DNA from: a virus
Direction: 5' to 3' (one strand)
Length of the DNA stretch: 64,000 nucleotides
Virus record (IMG/VR): IMGVR_UViG_3300020371_000004
Coordinates: 1 to 64,000 of that record
Shown: piece by piece, positions 29,354-39,509 of the stretch
Position numbering within the stretch: the stretch's first letter is position 1
How the letters are laid out: every line of letters begins with the position of its first letter
Notes under the pieces: generated by a model
Database searches by the model: none
Seen by the model: the letters and a program-made list of their open reading frames with translations, nothing else
What the model was told of the DNA's origin: nothing
Made by a program: the position numbers and the translations under genes

Positions 29354-29556
29354 TGAAACCAATTAAAGATAATAATGGTCTTCTCCGAGATGAGAAGACC
29401 AATGCTGTCATTAATATTAATGATGTTGAATATGATGCATATCTTGCAGAAAAAAAGAGAATACTTTCTGAAAAAAGAGATATTGACAACATGAAGAAGG
29501 ACATTGATGAAATTAAAGATGCCCTTCACCTCATCCTTAACAAGCTAAATACATAA
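29353..29556 (+). CDS. small coiled-coil hypothetical protein
   Basis: LLRDEKTNAVIN..IDNMKKDIDEIKDALHLIL; stop/start overlap with the upstream gene. Confidence 0.8.
   Translation: MKPIKDNNGLLRDEKTNAVININDVEYDAYLAEKKRILSEKRDIDNMKKDIDEIKDALHLILNKLNT
29546..29551 (+). promoter_or_regulatory. late promoter
   Basis: TAAATA 21 nt upstream of ATG 29572. Confidence 0.55.
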
Positions 29557-29571
29557 AAAGTACTTTTTGCT

Positions 29572-29907
29572 ATGGCAGCAAAGATAATCAACCTAGTTGT
29601 AGAGCAAAATGCTGATTTTCAGGCAACTGTTACCATTTCAAATGATAACGGTACTAAGCTAAATCTGACTAACTACACTGCAGCATGTAAAATTAAAAAA
29701 AGTCCTTTGTCTAGCACAGTTGCTGGTACAATGACTGTATCTTTCGTTGATAGAGTTAACGGAAAAATCATGCTGTCTATGAACTCAACTACAACTGCAG
29801 CACTTCCTGGTGGAAGACATGTTTATGATGTAATCATCACATCTCCAACTAATTTTGTCACAAGAGTCATTCAAGGAAGTCTGCTTGTTAGCCCAGGAGT
29901 GAGTTGA
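29572..29907 (+). CDS. small Ig-like/BppU-like virion adaptor protein
   Basis: INLVVEQNADF, LNLTNYTA, GRHVYDVII, RVIQGSLLVSPGVS: recurrent small phage structural protein pattern. Confidence 0.7.
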   Translation: MAAKIINLVVEQNADFQATVTISNDNGTKLNLTNYTAACKIKKSPLSSTVAGTMTVSFVDRVNGKIMLSMNSTTTAALPGGRHVYDVIITSPTNFVTRVIQGSLLVSPGVS

Positions 29908-30617
29908 TGAGTAATAACTATGAAGTTACAGTAACATCTCCAGATTTAACAGTAAATGTTGACGATAGTGGTGCCTTTAGTGCTTCTATTAACTATGAAG
30001 CACCAACAAAAAGTATTCAACATACCAATTTAATACTTGATAATTTTTCATCTGGATTTGATGGCATCACAACGCAATTTCCTCTAACAGTTAATGGTGT
30101 TCCTTATTCACCGTCCAATGAACAACAACTGATAATACAAATTAATGGTGTTGTTTTAAGACCAACTATTGATTATACAGTTTCTGGTTCAACCATAACA
30201 TTTGTGATTCCTCCAAGTGGTGGACAAACATTTTCTGGTGTTGCATTACAAACAATTGCAGATTTAACTAGAACTGTTGTTTTTCATATTGATAATGGGT
30301 CTGTTGATATTCAACCAGGTAGTAAAGGACTACTAACACTTGATGTTGCTGGTACAATTGAAGAGTGGAGAGTTCTATCCGACCAAACAGGAGTCATTGC
30401 TATAGACATTGAAAAGTCAACATTTGATAATTATCCGAATAATTTTTCATCTATTGTGGGTAGTGAATATCCTGTTCTTATAAATCAGAATAAACGCAAA
30501 GATGAAGAGTTAACAACTTGGTCAAAAAACCTCGCACTTGGTGATGTGCTTAAATTTGTAGTTTTATCATGCACAGGAATTCAAAAATGTTCTGTATTTT
30601 TGAAGTTGAAACTTTAA
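29907..30617 (+). CDS. virion structural protein (ATG at 29907 overlaps the upstream TGA)
   Basis: ILDNFSSGFDGITTQFPLTVNG..QLIIQINGVVLRP..DYTVSGSTITF..PP is the same repeat type found in ORF 15352. Confidence 0.7.
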   Translation: MSNNYEVTVTSPDLTVNVDDSGAFSASINYEAPTKSIQHTNLILDNFSSGFDGITTQFPLTVNGVPYSPSNEQQLIIQINGVVLRPTIDYTVSGSTITFVIPPSGGQTFSGVALQTIADLTRTVVFHIDNGSVDIQPGSKGLLTLDVAGTIEEWRVLSDQTGVIAIDIEKSTFDNYPNNFSSIVGSEYPVLINQNKRKDEELTTWSKNLALGDVLKFVVLSCTGIQKCSVFLKLKL

Positions 30618-30634
30618 CATCACTTATTAAACAT

Positions 30635-30642
30635 TATAAATA
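30635..30642 (+). promoter_or_regulatory. late promoter (full T4 consensus)
   Basis: TATAAATA; AGGAGA ribosome-binding site upstream of ATG 30688. Confidence 0.75.
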
Positions 30643-30687
30643 AATCTAGAAAGCATTCCAATAAACGTAAGATAGGAGACTTTATCA

Positions 30688-32070
30688 ATGGCACTTTTAG
30701 TACCAGATTGTGGCGAACTTCAATCCCTAAGGTATCTCGTTAACAGTGATCACAGAATTCCTAGGAATCTGATTCTAAAACTATATTCTAGTTCAACGAC
30801 ACCTGCTGAAGGGGATGTTCCTTCACAGACAACTTATTATGAACCATATGATGCATCAGGTTCACTTGGTTATGGTGTTTCACCATCTAACGGATATCCT
30901 GGTGTAATTAACAATAGATTTGACCAGGACTATTCCAGACAGTACGGTATTCTCCTTAATGGTAATCTTTGGAATGTAAGAACGATTACCACTGCAATCG
31001 CAACTCCTACTGGTTCTGGTACAGTTAACGAGTATCTAATTACTGTTGATAGCACAACCAACATTGCTGTTGGTCACTATGTAAGTGGTGGTGGTGTTGG
31101 TTCCAACGCAACTGTTGCTGCAATCGATGGTAACACAATCGTCCTAACTGTTCCTAACACATCTACGTTTACCAACCAACCACTTGAGTTTGGTGTTGGT
31201 ACAACTACTGCATCCTATCCTGAGCAAACTTTCACCTTCACCTCTGCTGCTAATAACCAGTATGGTTACTACCTAGTAAGAGCAAATAACCTTCCTAAGG
31301 AAATCCACGGTGTTGAGAATGCTACTTCTGTTGCTGAAGCAGTTGCAATTGGTAAGACTCTAACAACTGGTACTATCGGTCAGTCATACTTGACTCTCTT
31401 CGATAAGAAGTACGAGCCAACCATCACTGGAACTGGTGGTGATTACGAACTGACAGTTAACGTTAACACTGGTATCACAACTAACCAAAGAGTTGCAGGT
31501 CTTGGTATTGCAGATGGAACCAGAGTTACTGGTGTAACTGGAACTACAATTTACCTGTCTAAGGCACTGACTGGTTCTGCTTCTGGAATCGGTACATTCT
31601 TCGAGAACGTTGGTGAAGACATCTGTGTAGGTATGGCAGTTACCCACAGCAACGTACAGGGTGAAGTTAATGCAATTACTCCTGGTACTAAGGTTACTGG
31701 TTTCGATGAAATCGAGAGAATTGTATATCTTGATAAGGAACTAGTTAACAACGTACAGACTGCTACTGGTGACCAAGTTAACTTCGGTACTTCTCACGTC
31801 ACTGCAACTGACCACGGTCTACAACCAGGTGATGTAATCTACTTGGCAGCAGGTGCAGGTAATACAACTACCCAATCCTCAACTTACACTGTACACCGTT
31901 CACTCGACGCAAATACTTTCTCAACCGTACCTGCTCTTGCAGTTGGTGCAGGTGGAAGTTCCACAATCTACAGCAGCATCATGTTTGCTGAAAGATTTAC
32001 AAACGGTCCATACAACATTCAGAACAACGGTGACCAAATTAAGGTTACCCTTAACATCAGCCTTGACTGA
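30688..32070 (+). CDS. abundant virion structural protein (putative)
   Basis: Own late promoter, RBS and terminator; strong AAC/TTC/ATC/TAC codon preference; LILKLY..YGYYLV..FAERFTNGPYNIQNNGDQIKVTLNISLD core. Confidence 0.7.
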   Translation: MALLVPDCGELQSLRYLVNSDHRIPRNLILKLYSSSTTPAEGDVPSQTTYYEPYDASGSLGYGVSPSNGYPGVINNRFDQDYSRQYGILLNGNLWNVRTITTAIATPTGSGTVNEYLITVDSTTNIAVGHYVSGGGVGSNATVAAIDGNTIVLTVPNTSTFTNQPLEFGVGTTTASYPEQTFTFTSAANNQYGYYLVRANNLPKEIHGVENATSVAEAVAIGKTLTTGTIGQSYLTLFDKKYEPTITGTGGDYELTVNVNTGITTNQRVAGLGIADGTRVTGVTGTTIYLSKALTGSASGIGTFFENVGEDICVGMAVTHSNVQGEVNAITPGTKVTGFDEIERIVYLDKELVNNVQTATGDQVNFGTSHVTATDHGLQPGDVIYLAAGAGNTTTQSSTYTVHRSLDANTFSTVPALAVGAGGSSTIYSSIMFAERFTNGPYNIQNNGDQIKVTLNISLD

Positions 32071-32100
32071 TACATTTTACTTGATTTCATACTATATCAT

Positions 32101-32132
32101 GGAGGGGTTGCGGAATCGTGGCCCCTCCTTTT
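32101..32132 (+). terminator. intrinsic terminator
   Basis: GGAGGGGTTGCG-GAAT-CGTGGCCCCTCC followed by TTTT. Confidence 0.8.
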
Positions 32133-32159
32133 CCTTGTTTTCACTAAAGAGAATGCGAG

Positions 32160-34358
32160 ATGCCAGCACTTAATGTAGGAATAAATTCAACCTTTGAGCA
32201 GCAAAGACTTGTCATCAATACACTTGCAGTTGATGTCAATTCTATCCTTACTGGAACTGCTGGAATAGCAACGTACTCACCATTGTCGGGAATTGCATCT
32301 AATGCAGTTCGTCTAGATGGTCAGTTACCAAGTTATTACCTGGATTATGGGAACCATACTGGAACACCAACCAGTTTATCTCAGTTTACTAATGATGTAG
32401 GTTTCATTACTTCATTTAACATTAACAGTGGAGTCACTGTTAGTGGTGTCATGACTGCTACAACATTTGATGGTAATCTGACAGGTAATGTAACTGGAAC
32501 ACTTTTTGGTAATGTTAGTGGTGGTAATGTAAGTGGTACTTTATCTGGTGATGGAAGCAATATTTCTAACCTAAATGCTTCTAGGATAACATCAGGCACC
32601 TTGAGTGCTTCACATATTCCTGTACTCAACCAGAATACTTCTGGAACTGCTGCAGGACTAAGTGGTAACCCAACTATCGGAATTACTTCTTTAACGGCAT
32701 CAGGGAGGATTGTAGGTGCTGCTGTAGATAACGTAATTCCATTCTTATATTCCGATTTAAGTGACTTGCCAAGTGCAAGTAGTTATCATGGTGCATTTGC
32801 TCACGTTCATAACACAGGTTCAGCATACTTTGCACATGGTGGAAACTGGGAAAAACTCGTAAATTATAATACTGATTCAGATAATATATCCATTGGTGGT
32901 ACATTATCTGCTGTTGGTGATGTCGTAGTTACTGGTATTGTAACTGCTACTAGATTCTTTGGAGATGGTTCTCAACTAACAGGTGTTGGTGGTGGATCTG
33001 GTGGACTACAGATTTATGATGAATATAACCTAATTGGTACAGCATCTTCACTTAACTTTGTTGGTGGAAATATATCAGCAAACTTTGTTAATGGTTATGT
33101 TACAGTTAACGTAACTGATACTGATACAAATTATTGGGAAAGAAATAGTTCTGGAATTAGTACAACATCATATCTTGGTATTCAGACCTCAAATCCAAAC
33201 TATTCATTGGAAGTTGGTCCATATGGAAGTACTGGTATTGATTTTTATGTTCATGGAAGAAGTTGGTTTAATAATCAAATCAATACCCCAATTGTTGGTT
33301 TAGGAACACTTTCAATTAACTCGGAAACTAGGCTTTCTTCTTTACCTAGAATTGTAACATCAGAACTTGCAGTTGGTAACATCTCTACGACTAGAGTTCT
33401 TAACGTTACAGGTGATGCACATATTGGGGCAGGATTAACAGTCCATGGTGAACTTGATATTAATGATGATTTAAGAGTTAAAGATAACAAATATATTACT
33501 GTTGGTGATGGATTTGACCTATCAATTTATCATGATACGATTAATAGTCATATTGCCGACCAGGGAACTGGTAGTCTGATTATTCGTGGTAGTGATGTTG
33601 TAATTAAAAATGCAGCAGACAGCAAAGTATCTGCAGAATTTACAGGTGGTGCAGAAGCAAAACTTTTCTACGATAATTCAGAGAAGTTTTCTACAGTTAG
33701 CACTGGTACAACAACTTATGGTACGCACTTTGCAACAAGATTTGCGGGTGATGGAAGTCTACTAACAGGTGTTATTTCTTCATCAAGTGTTGGTCTCGCA
33801 ATTCAAGGTGCAGGAACTCCAGTTGGTACTGCTACTACATTAAACTTTGTTGGTGCTGGTGTAAATCCAACAGTTACTGGTGGTATTGCAACCATTGATA
33901 TTTCTGCTGCAGTTGGTAGTGCAGGTAGATTTAAGGATGGTACTTCAGGTATACATACAACAGCACCTGCTGTAGGTTTAGGTACAACTAATCCAAAAAC
34001 ACAACTCCAGGTTGGTGATGTTTATGGTATAGAGGTCTATAGTGGTATTACATCAGTCACTGCTGGTGTTGCAACTGATGGTGTAGGTGGATGGACTATT
34101 GCCGATACAGATTTCCTAAGTGTAGATTACAAACTATACTTTAATTACAATGGCACAGTTCAAACCCAGAGAGCATCAGTGATGCATGATGGAACCACAG
34201 CATATGTTCAACCATATGCAATGATGATGACAGGAAATACTGCAGTAATGTCAATTGATGCAGTAATTTCAAATGGACAAGTAATTCCAAGATGGACACC
34301 AGGAACTGGAATAACTGGTATTGTTACATATAGAGTAGTAAGGGAGTCAATGCTATGA
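32160..34358 (+). CDS. tail fibre-like protein A
   Basis: STFEQQRLVIN N-terminus; G/T/V-rich shaft with FxGDGSxLTG repeats; C-terminal domain shared with ORF 39510. Confidence 0.75.
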   Translation: MPALNVGINSTFEQQRLVINTLAVDVNSILTGTAGIATYSPLSGIASNAVRLDGQLPSYYLDYGNHTGTPTSLSQFTNDVGFITSFNINSGVTVSGVMTATTFDGNLTGNVTGTLFGNVSGGNVSGTLSGDGSNISNLNASRITSGTLSASHIPVLNQNTSGTAAGLSGNPTIGITSLTASGRIVGAAVDNVIPFLYSDLSDLPSASSYHGAFAHVHNTGSAYFAHGGNWEKLVNYNTDSDNISIGGTLSAVGDVVVTGIVTATRFFGDGSQLTGVGGGSGGLQIYDEYNLIGTASSLNFVGGNISANFVNGYVTVNVTDTDTNYWERNSSGISTTSYLGIQTSNPNYSLEVGPYGSTGIDFYVHGRSWFNNQINTPIVGLGTLSINSETRLSSLPRIVTSELAVGNISTTRVLNVTGDAHIGAGLTVHGELDINDDLRVKDNKYITVGDGFDLSIYHDTINSHIADQGTGSLIIRGSDVVIKNAADSKVSAEFTGGAEAKLFYDNSEKFSTVSTGTTTYGTHFATRFAGDGSLLTGVISSSSVGLAIQGAGTPVGTATTLNFVGAGVNPTVTGGIATIDISAAVGSAGRFKDGTSGIHTTAPAVGLGTTNPKTQLQVGDVYGIEVYSGITSVTAGVATDGVGGWTIADTDFLSVDYKLYFNYNGTVQTQRASVMHDGTTAYVQPYAMMMTGNTAVMSIDAVISNGQVIPRWTPGTGITGIVTYRVVRESML

Positions 34359-36949
34359 TTATAGACTGGACTGACGAAGAGAATATTGAAGCACTAAATC
34401 AAGCATATCAAGATGAGATTGCTGAGTTAGAGAAGGTTCCTGATGATCCAACAGCAAGGGTTCAGTATGTTATTGGGTGCGAAAATGCTTCGGATTGGCA
34501 ATATGTCCATCAAGTATTAATCACTGATGGTACTAGTGAAAATATTCTTCCAACAAATTCAATAAATTGTGTAGATGATTGTAAGCATAGTCCCGTAAAA
34601 GGAAGATATATTTTAACTGCTGAGCAAGCAGAAACAATAAAAGAGCACCCAAAAGTTAAATATATTCACCCAGACTTTAGTAGATACCAGGGAACATATA
34701 AACCACCTACACACGAAATTATATGTGCTGCTAAGTACAATAGGTATAACAGTAATAGAAGGCAGTATAGGGATATGCAAGTATCCATGCCATATACACC
34801 TACAGATGCAGAAGCAGGACGTAGTGGATATCAGCTATCTAGGTGTATGCAAGTTGATGACCCTTGGTGGGGTGAAACTGGAACATATCAAACAAAGAAT
34901 GATGTTGTTTTAAATCAAAAAATTCAGCAATATGGTGATGCTTCTGATGTTGATGTAATTGTTACAGATACTGAAGCATGGTATGGACATCCAGAGTTTA
35001 TTAATACCGCAATAAGAAGTACAGCAACTAATGATGGATATAATTCCACTGGTTCTGGTCCTTCAAACTATAGAGGTGGTAATGTTTTACCTGGTAATGG
35101 TTATTGTGATATTTTAGACATTTACTTAGACGCACCATATTACATCGATCCAGATTTCTTTGATAATGACCCAGGAAATAGATTGATAACAAGATTTGAT
35201 GGAACTATGGTTCCTGTTGAATCTGTAGCAAGAAGTTGGTGGTCTAGTAATTCACTATCTTCGAGATCATCAAAGTTTGTAAGTCCAAGTAATGGTGGTA
35301 CTGCCACTGGACTTAACGATTTTGGTGTTATTAATGGTGGTAGTCAATGGACCTCCTATACCAGAGCAAGAAATAATGGTTCAAATAGTGCATATTGCAC
35401 AGGAAGTGGAACTCATGCTACTCAATGTATGGGTGTTTGTTATGGAAGGGGACAAGGATGGGCATATAATGCAAATAAGTGGCATATAAACAATATTGGT
35501 AGCAGTGCTGTTAGTATTGAAGGATCTGCAGATTTAATTAAAGTATTCCACAACTGCAAACCTAATAATCCGTCTTTAGGGACAAAAGACCCAACATTAA
35601 CAAGTAATAGCTGGGGATATCGTTCCACTTCTCACTCTACCGTTTATAGTGCTGGTTCTAATTATGTGTTTTTCAGGCATGGTCAAGGAACTGGTAATGT
35701 AGCTGCAGCATCTGCGTCATATAGTAGCTCATCTACTATGCCAAATTGTCTTAGAACTGTTGGATATTATGGTGATGGTGGTAGAATGAAGGGAGAAATG
35801 CTTCCTAATTCTATGGTGACTGCATGGACTGAACTGGTTGATGCTGGAGTTATCACTGTAGTTGCTGCAGGAAATTCAAACCAAAAGCAAGTTCAACCAA
35901 ATCATCCAGATTTTGATAATTTCTGGACACATAGTGGAACTGGTGGTGGAGGTGGTTCAAATACTAATTTACTTGCGAATACTCATTATGAGTTTAGTGT
36001 TGAATGTTATAACACAATGAACAGACCTGGATTCCCACAGCAGGTTGGTAGACATACAGATTCTAATGGTAACGTTGTACTGAACAAGGTTATTAATATG
36101 GGTGCATTAGATTATCAGTATCAATCAACTGGGCATGAGAGAAAAGTAAATTATAGTGATATGGGTAATGGTATTGATTGTTATGCACCAGCAGATGATG
36201 CTTTAGGTGCAACTAGAGGAAGTTCTGGTGAAGGAATCCACCCAGAGACATATCCTGAACTTTCTGTTACAGCAGTCGATAATGATTTTGGTGGTACAAG
36301 TTCTGCATGTCCAGTAGCAGCAGGATTGATTGCAACTAAACTGCAGTATAACAGGGCATGGTCTTGGAGTGATGTAAAAACTTGGATTCTAAACTTAACC
36401 CAACAAAATACAAGTAAGTTTTATGTTGGAAATGAAGCAACAACAGTTACTTCTAATGATTGGCAAGATACCGTCCATCTTAACGGAGGTAGTCCTATCG
36501 TCATATATGACAAGGAAACAGGACAAGAGCCTTCTGGTGGTTTTGGAAGTATTCAATCTAATACTTATTCAATCACAGAAGGAGCTACAATTAATGTAAC
36601 AATACATGCAGTTGGTGTTTCTGCTGGAACATATTATTATTCTATCGAAAGTATTCCAGGTGAAGATTACACAGTTCCAGGAGATGGATTTAGTCCTACA
36701 GGAACAACAGGCAATATTTCTTATAATGGTACTGGAAATATTACCTTTAACATAGTTACAACCACTGATTTAATTACAACTACAGACGCTAGAATAAGAA
36801 TTAGAATTCGGGAAAATGCTGTTAACGGACCAATCGTTGCAACTACTGACGATATTATAGTTACTGGAACATTAGACCCAGTACCATTCCAGTTTGCGTC
36901 TGGTGGAGCTCAGTGGGGTGGTGGTGTCATAGTGACTTTTCAACCGTAA
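34355..36949 (+). CDS. subtilisin-like serine protease 1 (peptidase S8) with I9-like prodomain and C-terminal Calx-beta-like domain
   Basis: Asp VDVIVTDT, His GTHATQCMG, oxyanion Asn VVAAGNS, Ser FGGTSSACPVAAG in the S8 order; no signal peptide. Confidence 0.85.
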   Translation: MIIDWTDEENIEALNQAYQDEIAELEKVPDDPTARVQYVIGCENASDWQYVHQVLITDGTSENILPTNSINCVDDCKHSPVKGRYILTAEQAETIKEHPKVKYIHPDFSRYQGTYKPPTHEIICAAKYNRYNSNRRQYRDMQVSMPYTPTDAEAGRSGYQLSRCMQVDDPWWGETGTYQTKNDVVLNQKIQQYGDASDVDVIVTDTEAWYGHPEFINTAIRSTATNDGYNSTGSGPSNYRGGNVLPGNGYCDILDIYLDAPYYIDPDFFDNDPGNRLITRFDGTMVPVESVARSWWSSNSLSSRSSKFVSPSNGGTATGLNDFGVINGGSQWTSYTRARNNGSNSAYCTGSGTHATQCMGVCYGRGQGWAYNANKWHINNIGSSAVSIEGSADLIKVFHNCKPNNPSLGTKDPTLTSNSWGYRSTSHSTVYSAGSNYVFFRHGQGTGNVAAASASYSSSSTMPNCLRTVGYYGDGGRMKGEMLPNSMVTAWTELVDAGVITVVAAGNSNQKQVQPNHPDFDNFWTHSGTGGGGGSNTNLLANTHYEFSVECYNTMNRPGFPQQVGRHTDSNGNVVLNKVINMGALDYQYQSTGHERKVNYSDMGNGIDCYAPADDALGATRGSSGEGIHPETYPELSVTAVDNDFGGTSSACPVAAGLIATKLQYNRAWSWSDVKTWILNLTQQNTSKFYVGNEATTVTSNDWQDTVHLNGGSPIVIYDKETGQEPSGGFGSIQSNTYSITEGATINVTIHAVGVSAGTYYYSIESIPGEDYTVPGDGFSPTGTTGNISYNGTGNITFNIVTTTDLITTTDARIRIRIRENAVNGPIVATTDDIIVTGTLDPVPFQFASGGAQWGGGVIVTFQP

Positions 36950-36950
36950 C

Positions 36951-36956
36951 TAAATA
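36951..36956 (+). promoter_or_regulatory. late promoter
   Basis: TAAATA between proteases 1 and 2. Confidence 0.6.
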
Positions 36957-36984
36957 GTAAAAAGTTCTAGTGTTTACTTGAAAT

Positions 36985-39480
36985 ATGTTTGACGAAGAAA
37001 TTCTAGAAACACCTGGGTTTCAGGAAGAAAAAGACAAACTTCCTAAAGAACCAGAAGGTGATGTAGATAAGGAATATGTTGTCGTTTGCCATACCAATGA
37101 AGGATGGCAAACGATTCATAGTCTCATCATGGAAGAAAATACTTCCGAGGACTATGTTCCTAATACATCAAAGAAATGTTGCAATGATAAGAAACATAGT
37201 CCTACTAGAGGAATCTATATGATGACAGACTCTGAGGCAGAGGAACTCAGGTCCCATGAATTAGTTGAGACTGTAAATATTAATCGTGCTGCATATCCAG
37301 GAACATATAGAATTGATCCTGCTTTAATGAAAGATGGAATTGGACCACAATATAGGTATGGTTCAAATGTTAAACACCAAAAAGACCCTACTTTTCCATC
37401 TACTCCTACATTAGCAGATTTAAATCGTGCTGGATATGCTATCTTAAGACATTCCTCGTATCAAGATCCTTGGTATGGAAGTTCAGCATCTACAGTAATT
37501 AATGATAGAGCTCAGCATTATGGTGCTGGTGAAGATACTGATATCATTACTGTTGACGAAGATATGTGGTTTGGACATATCGAATTTCAAAATAATACAG
37601 GAACTGGTCCAACTAACTACAAGGGAGGAAATGTTCTTCCAGGAAATGGAACTTGCGATTTGCTATGTTTGGTGAATGATTCACCATATTATATTGACCC
37701 AGATTTCTTTGATGCTGATCCAGCAAATAGATTAGAAACTAGATGGGATGGAACAATAGTCCCAACGGAAGCTGCTGCTAATGGTTGGTGGCGTAATAAC
37801 TCATTGTCATATAGGTCATCAAAGTTTGTAAGTCCGTCTAATGGTGGTACTGCTACTGGTAATAATGATTTCGGCACTATACTTGTTTCATCTAATTATA
37901 CTAGAGCAAGACAAAATGGATCCAATACTGCATATCAAACCAGTGGTGGAAGTCATTCAACACCATGTGCTTCCTTAGCATATGGGAGAAGTTATGGATG
38001 GGCATATAATGCAAATAAGTGGCATATTGCCCTTATGGGTTCTTATGCTGTAGATGAAGAAGATATTTTTGATATGATAAAAATATTTCATCAGTGTAAA
38101 CCAATAAATCCCACATACGGAAATAGAGACCATACATTATGTACAAATAGTTATGGTTATAGGTCTTATGCTCCACCATCTAGTGGATATTACTATTATG
38201 AGACCCCCGATGATGGTACTGGAGGAGTTTACTATTCGTCAAAACCTAAATTTCTTAGTAATTTTTATCAAAGTTATATTAGATCTGAGATGCTCCCCAA
38301 TTCATTACTAACTGCTGGTAATGAAATGATTGATGCTGGTGTTATTTTTGTGTGTTCTGCAGGAAATACTAGACAAAAACTAGTGAAGGCAACCCACCCA
38401 TCTTGGTATAACTATGTTTCTACTAGTAATAACCACACTATGGCAGATACACAATTCAGTTCTGGTGGATTCAATTGGGTGAAATCTGTAAATAGACAAG
38501 GATTTCCTGGTCAAATTGGTAAAGTTGGTGTTGGAACAAATACTGTTTATAGAACTTTTCCAATTGGATGCCTAAGTGGTGGCCACCGTTCAGATGGAAG
38601 AGAGCAAAGAGCAGTTTACAGCAATATGGGTAATCTAATTGTTGGATTTGCTGCTGGTGATAGGCAAGCAGCAGCATGTGATGACAACGCTGGTTCTCGT
38701 AAGAATCGTTATGATGCTTATTATACTCTTAATGGAGTTCAATCTGTAGAGTCTGAAGATAGAGAATTTAATGGTACAAGTGCTGCATCTCCAGTAGCTT
38801 GCGGATTCTTAGCAACTAAAATGCAGCATAATAGGACTTGGGACTGGCAAGATTTGATGAACTGGATTGAAAGTTTGACTCCAGTCAATAGTTCAGAATT
38901 TTATTATGGTACTGAATCAACTACTGCTACAGATAATAACTGGGATGATGATTACAGTATAGAAGGTCATCCTGGATATGTATTTTATGATGCAACAACT
39001 GGTGGAAATGAATCTTCTTATAGGTGGGATGCTGCTTCTGGTAATGTTGCTACACAAAATCCTAAAGAAGTAACAGAAGGTGGTACTGCAACTGTCACAC
39101 TCTCCACTAATGCACCTGACGGAACTTACTATTACGTTGTTGAGAAAGATGACCACCAATCTGATATTCAAGCAAGTGATTTTGATACAGGAGGAGGTTT
39201 CCTGGGAATGTATGGTGCATTCTCTGTTTCTGGTGGTGCAGCAACACTTAATTTCAAAATTGCAGCTGATGCAGTTGCAGTAAATGAAACAGAATCATTT
39301 AGAGTTAGAGTTAGGAGTGGTAGCACTACAGGACCTGTTGTTGCAACTTCACATGATTTTATAATTTTAGATTCTTCCTCTGGAGGTGGTGGTGGTGGTG
39401 GAGGAACACCAGCAACACCTTTCGTTTTTGCATCTGGTGACGGTCTGACATTTACTGGTGTCAGCATAAGTTTCTCTTGA
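36985..39480 (+). CDS. subtilisin-like serine protease 2 (peptidase S8)
   Basis: TDIITVDE, GSHSTPCAS, VCSAGNT, FNGTSAASPVACG; C-terminal VTEGGTATVTLST..ESFRVRVRSGSTTGPVVATS Calx-beta-like domain. Confidence 0.85.
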   Translation: MFDEEILETPGFQEEKDKLPKEPEGDVDKEYVVVCHTNEGWQTIHSLIMEENTSEDYVPNTSKKCCNDKKHSPTRGIYMMTDSEAEELRSHELVETVNINRAAYPGTYRIDPALMKDGIGPQYRYGSNVKHQKDPTFPSTPTLADLNRAGYAILRHSSYQDPWYGSSASTVINDRAQHYGAGEDTDIITVDEDMWFGHIEFQNNTGTGPTNYKGGNVLPGNGTCDLLCLVNDSPYYIDPDFFDADPANRLETRWDGTIVPTEAAANGWWRNNSLSYRSSKFVSPSNGGTATGNNDFGTILVSSNYTRARQNGSNTAYQTSGGSHSTPCASLAYGRSYGWAYNANKWHIALMGSYAVDEEDIFDMIKIFHQCKPINPTYGNRDHTLCTNSYGYRSYAPPSSGYYYYETPDDGTGGVYYSSKPKFLSNFYQSYIRSEMLPNSLLTAGNEMIDAGVIFVCSAGNTRQKLVKATHPSWYNYVSTSNNHTMADTQFSSGGFNWVKSVNRQGFPGQIGKVGVGTNTVYRTFPIGCLSGGHRSDGREQRAVYSNMGNLIVGFAAGDRQAAACDDNAGSRKNRYDAYYTLNGVQSVESEDREFNGTSAASPVACGFLATKMQHNRTWDWQDLMNWIESLTPVNSSEFYYGTESTTATDNNWDDDYSIEGHPGYVFYDATTGGNESSYRWDAASGNVATQNPKEVTEGGTATVTLSTNAPDGTYYYVVEKDDHQSDIQASDFDTGGGFLGMYGAFSVSGGAATLNFKIAADAVAVNETESFRVRVRSGSTTGPVVATSHDFIILDSSSGGGGGGGGTPATPFVFASGDGLTFTGVSISFS

Positions 39481-39486
39481 TAAATA
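39481..39486 (+). promoter_or_regulatory. late promoter
   Basis: (A)TAAATA immediately after the stop codon. Confidence 0.6.
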
Positions 39487-39509
39487 ACTAAAAGTAGTAT
39501 TCCCATCAG

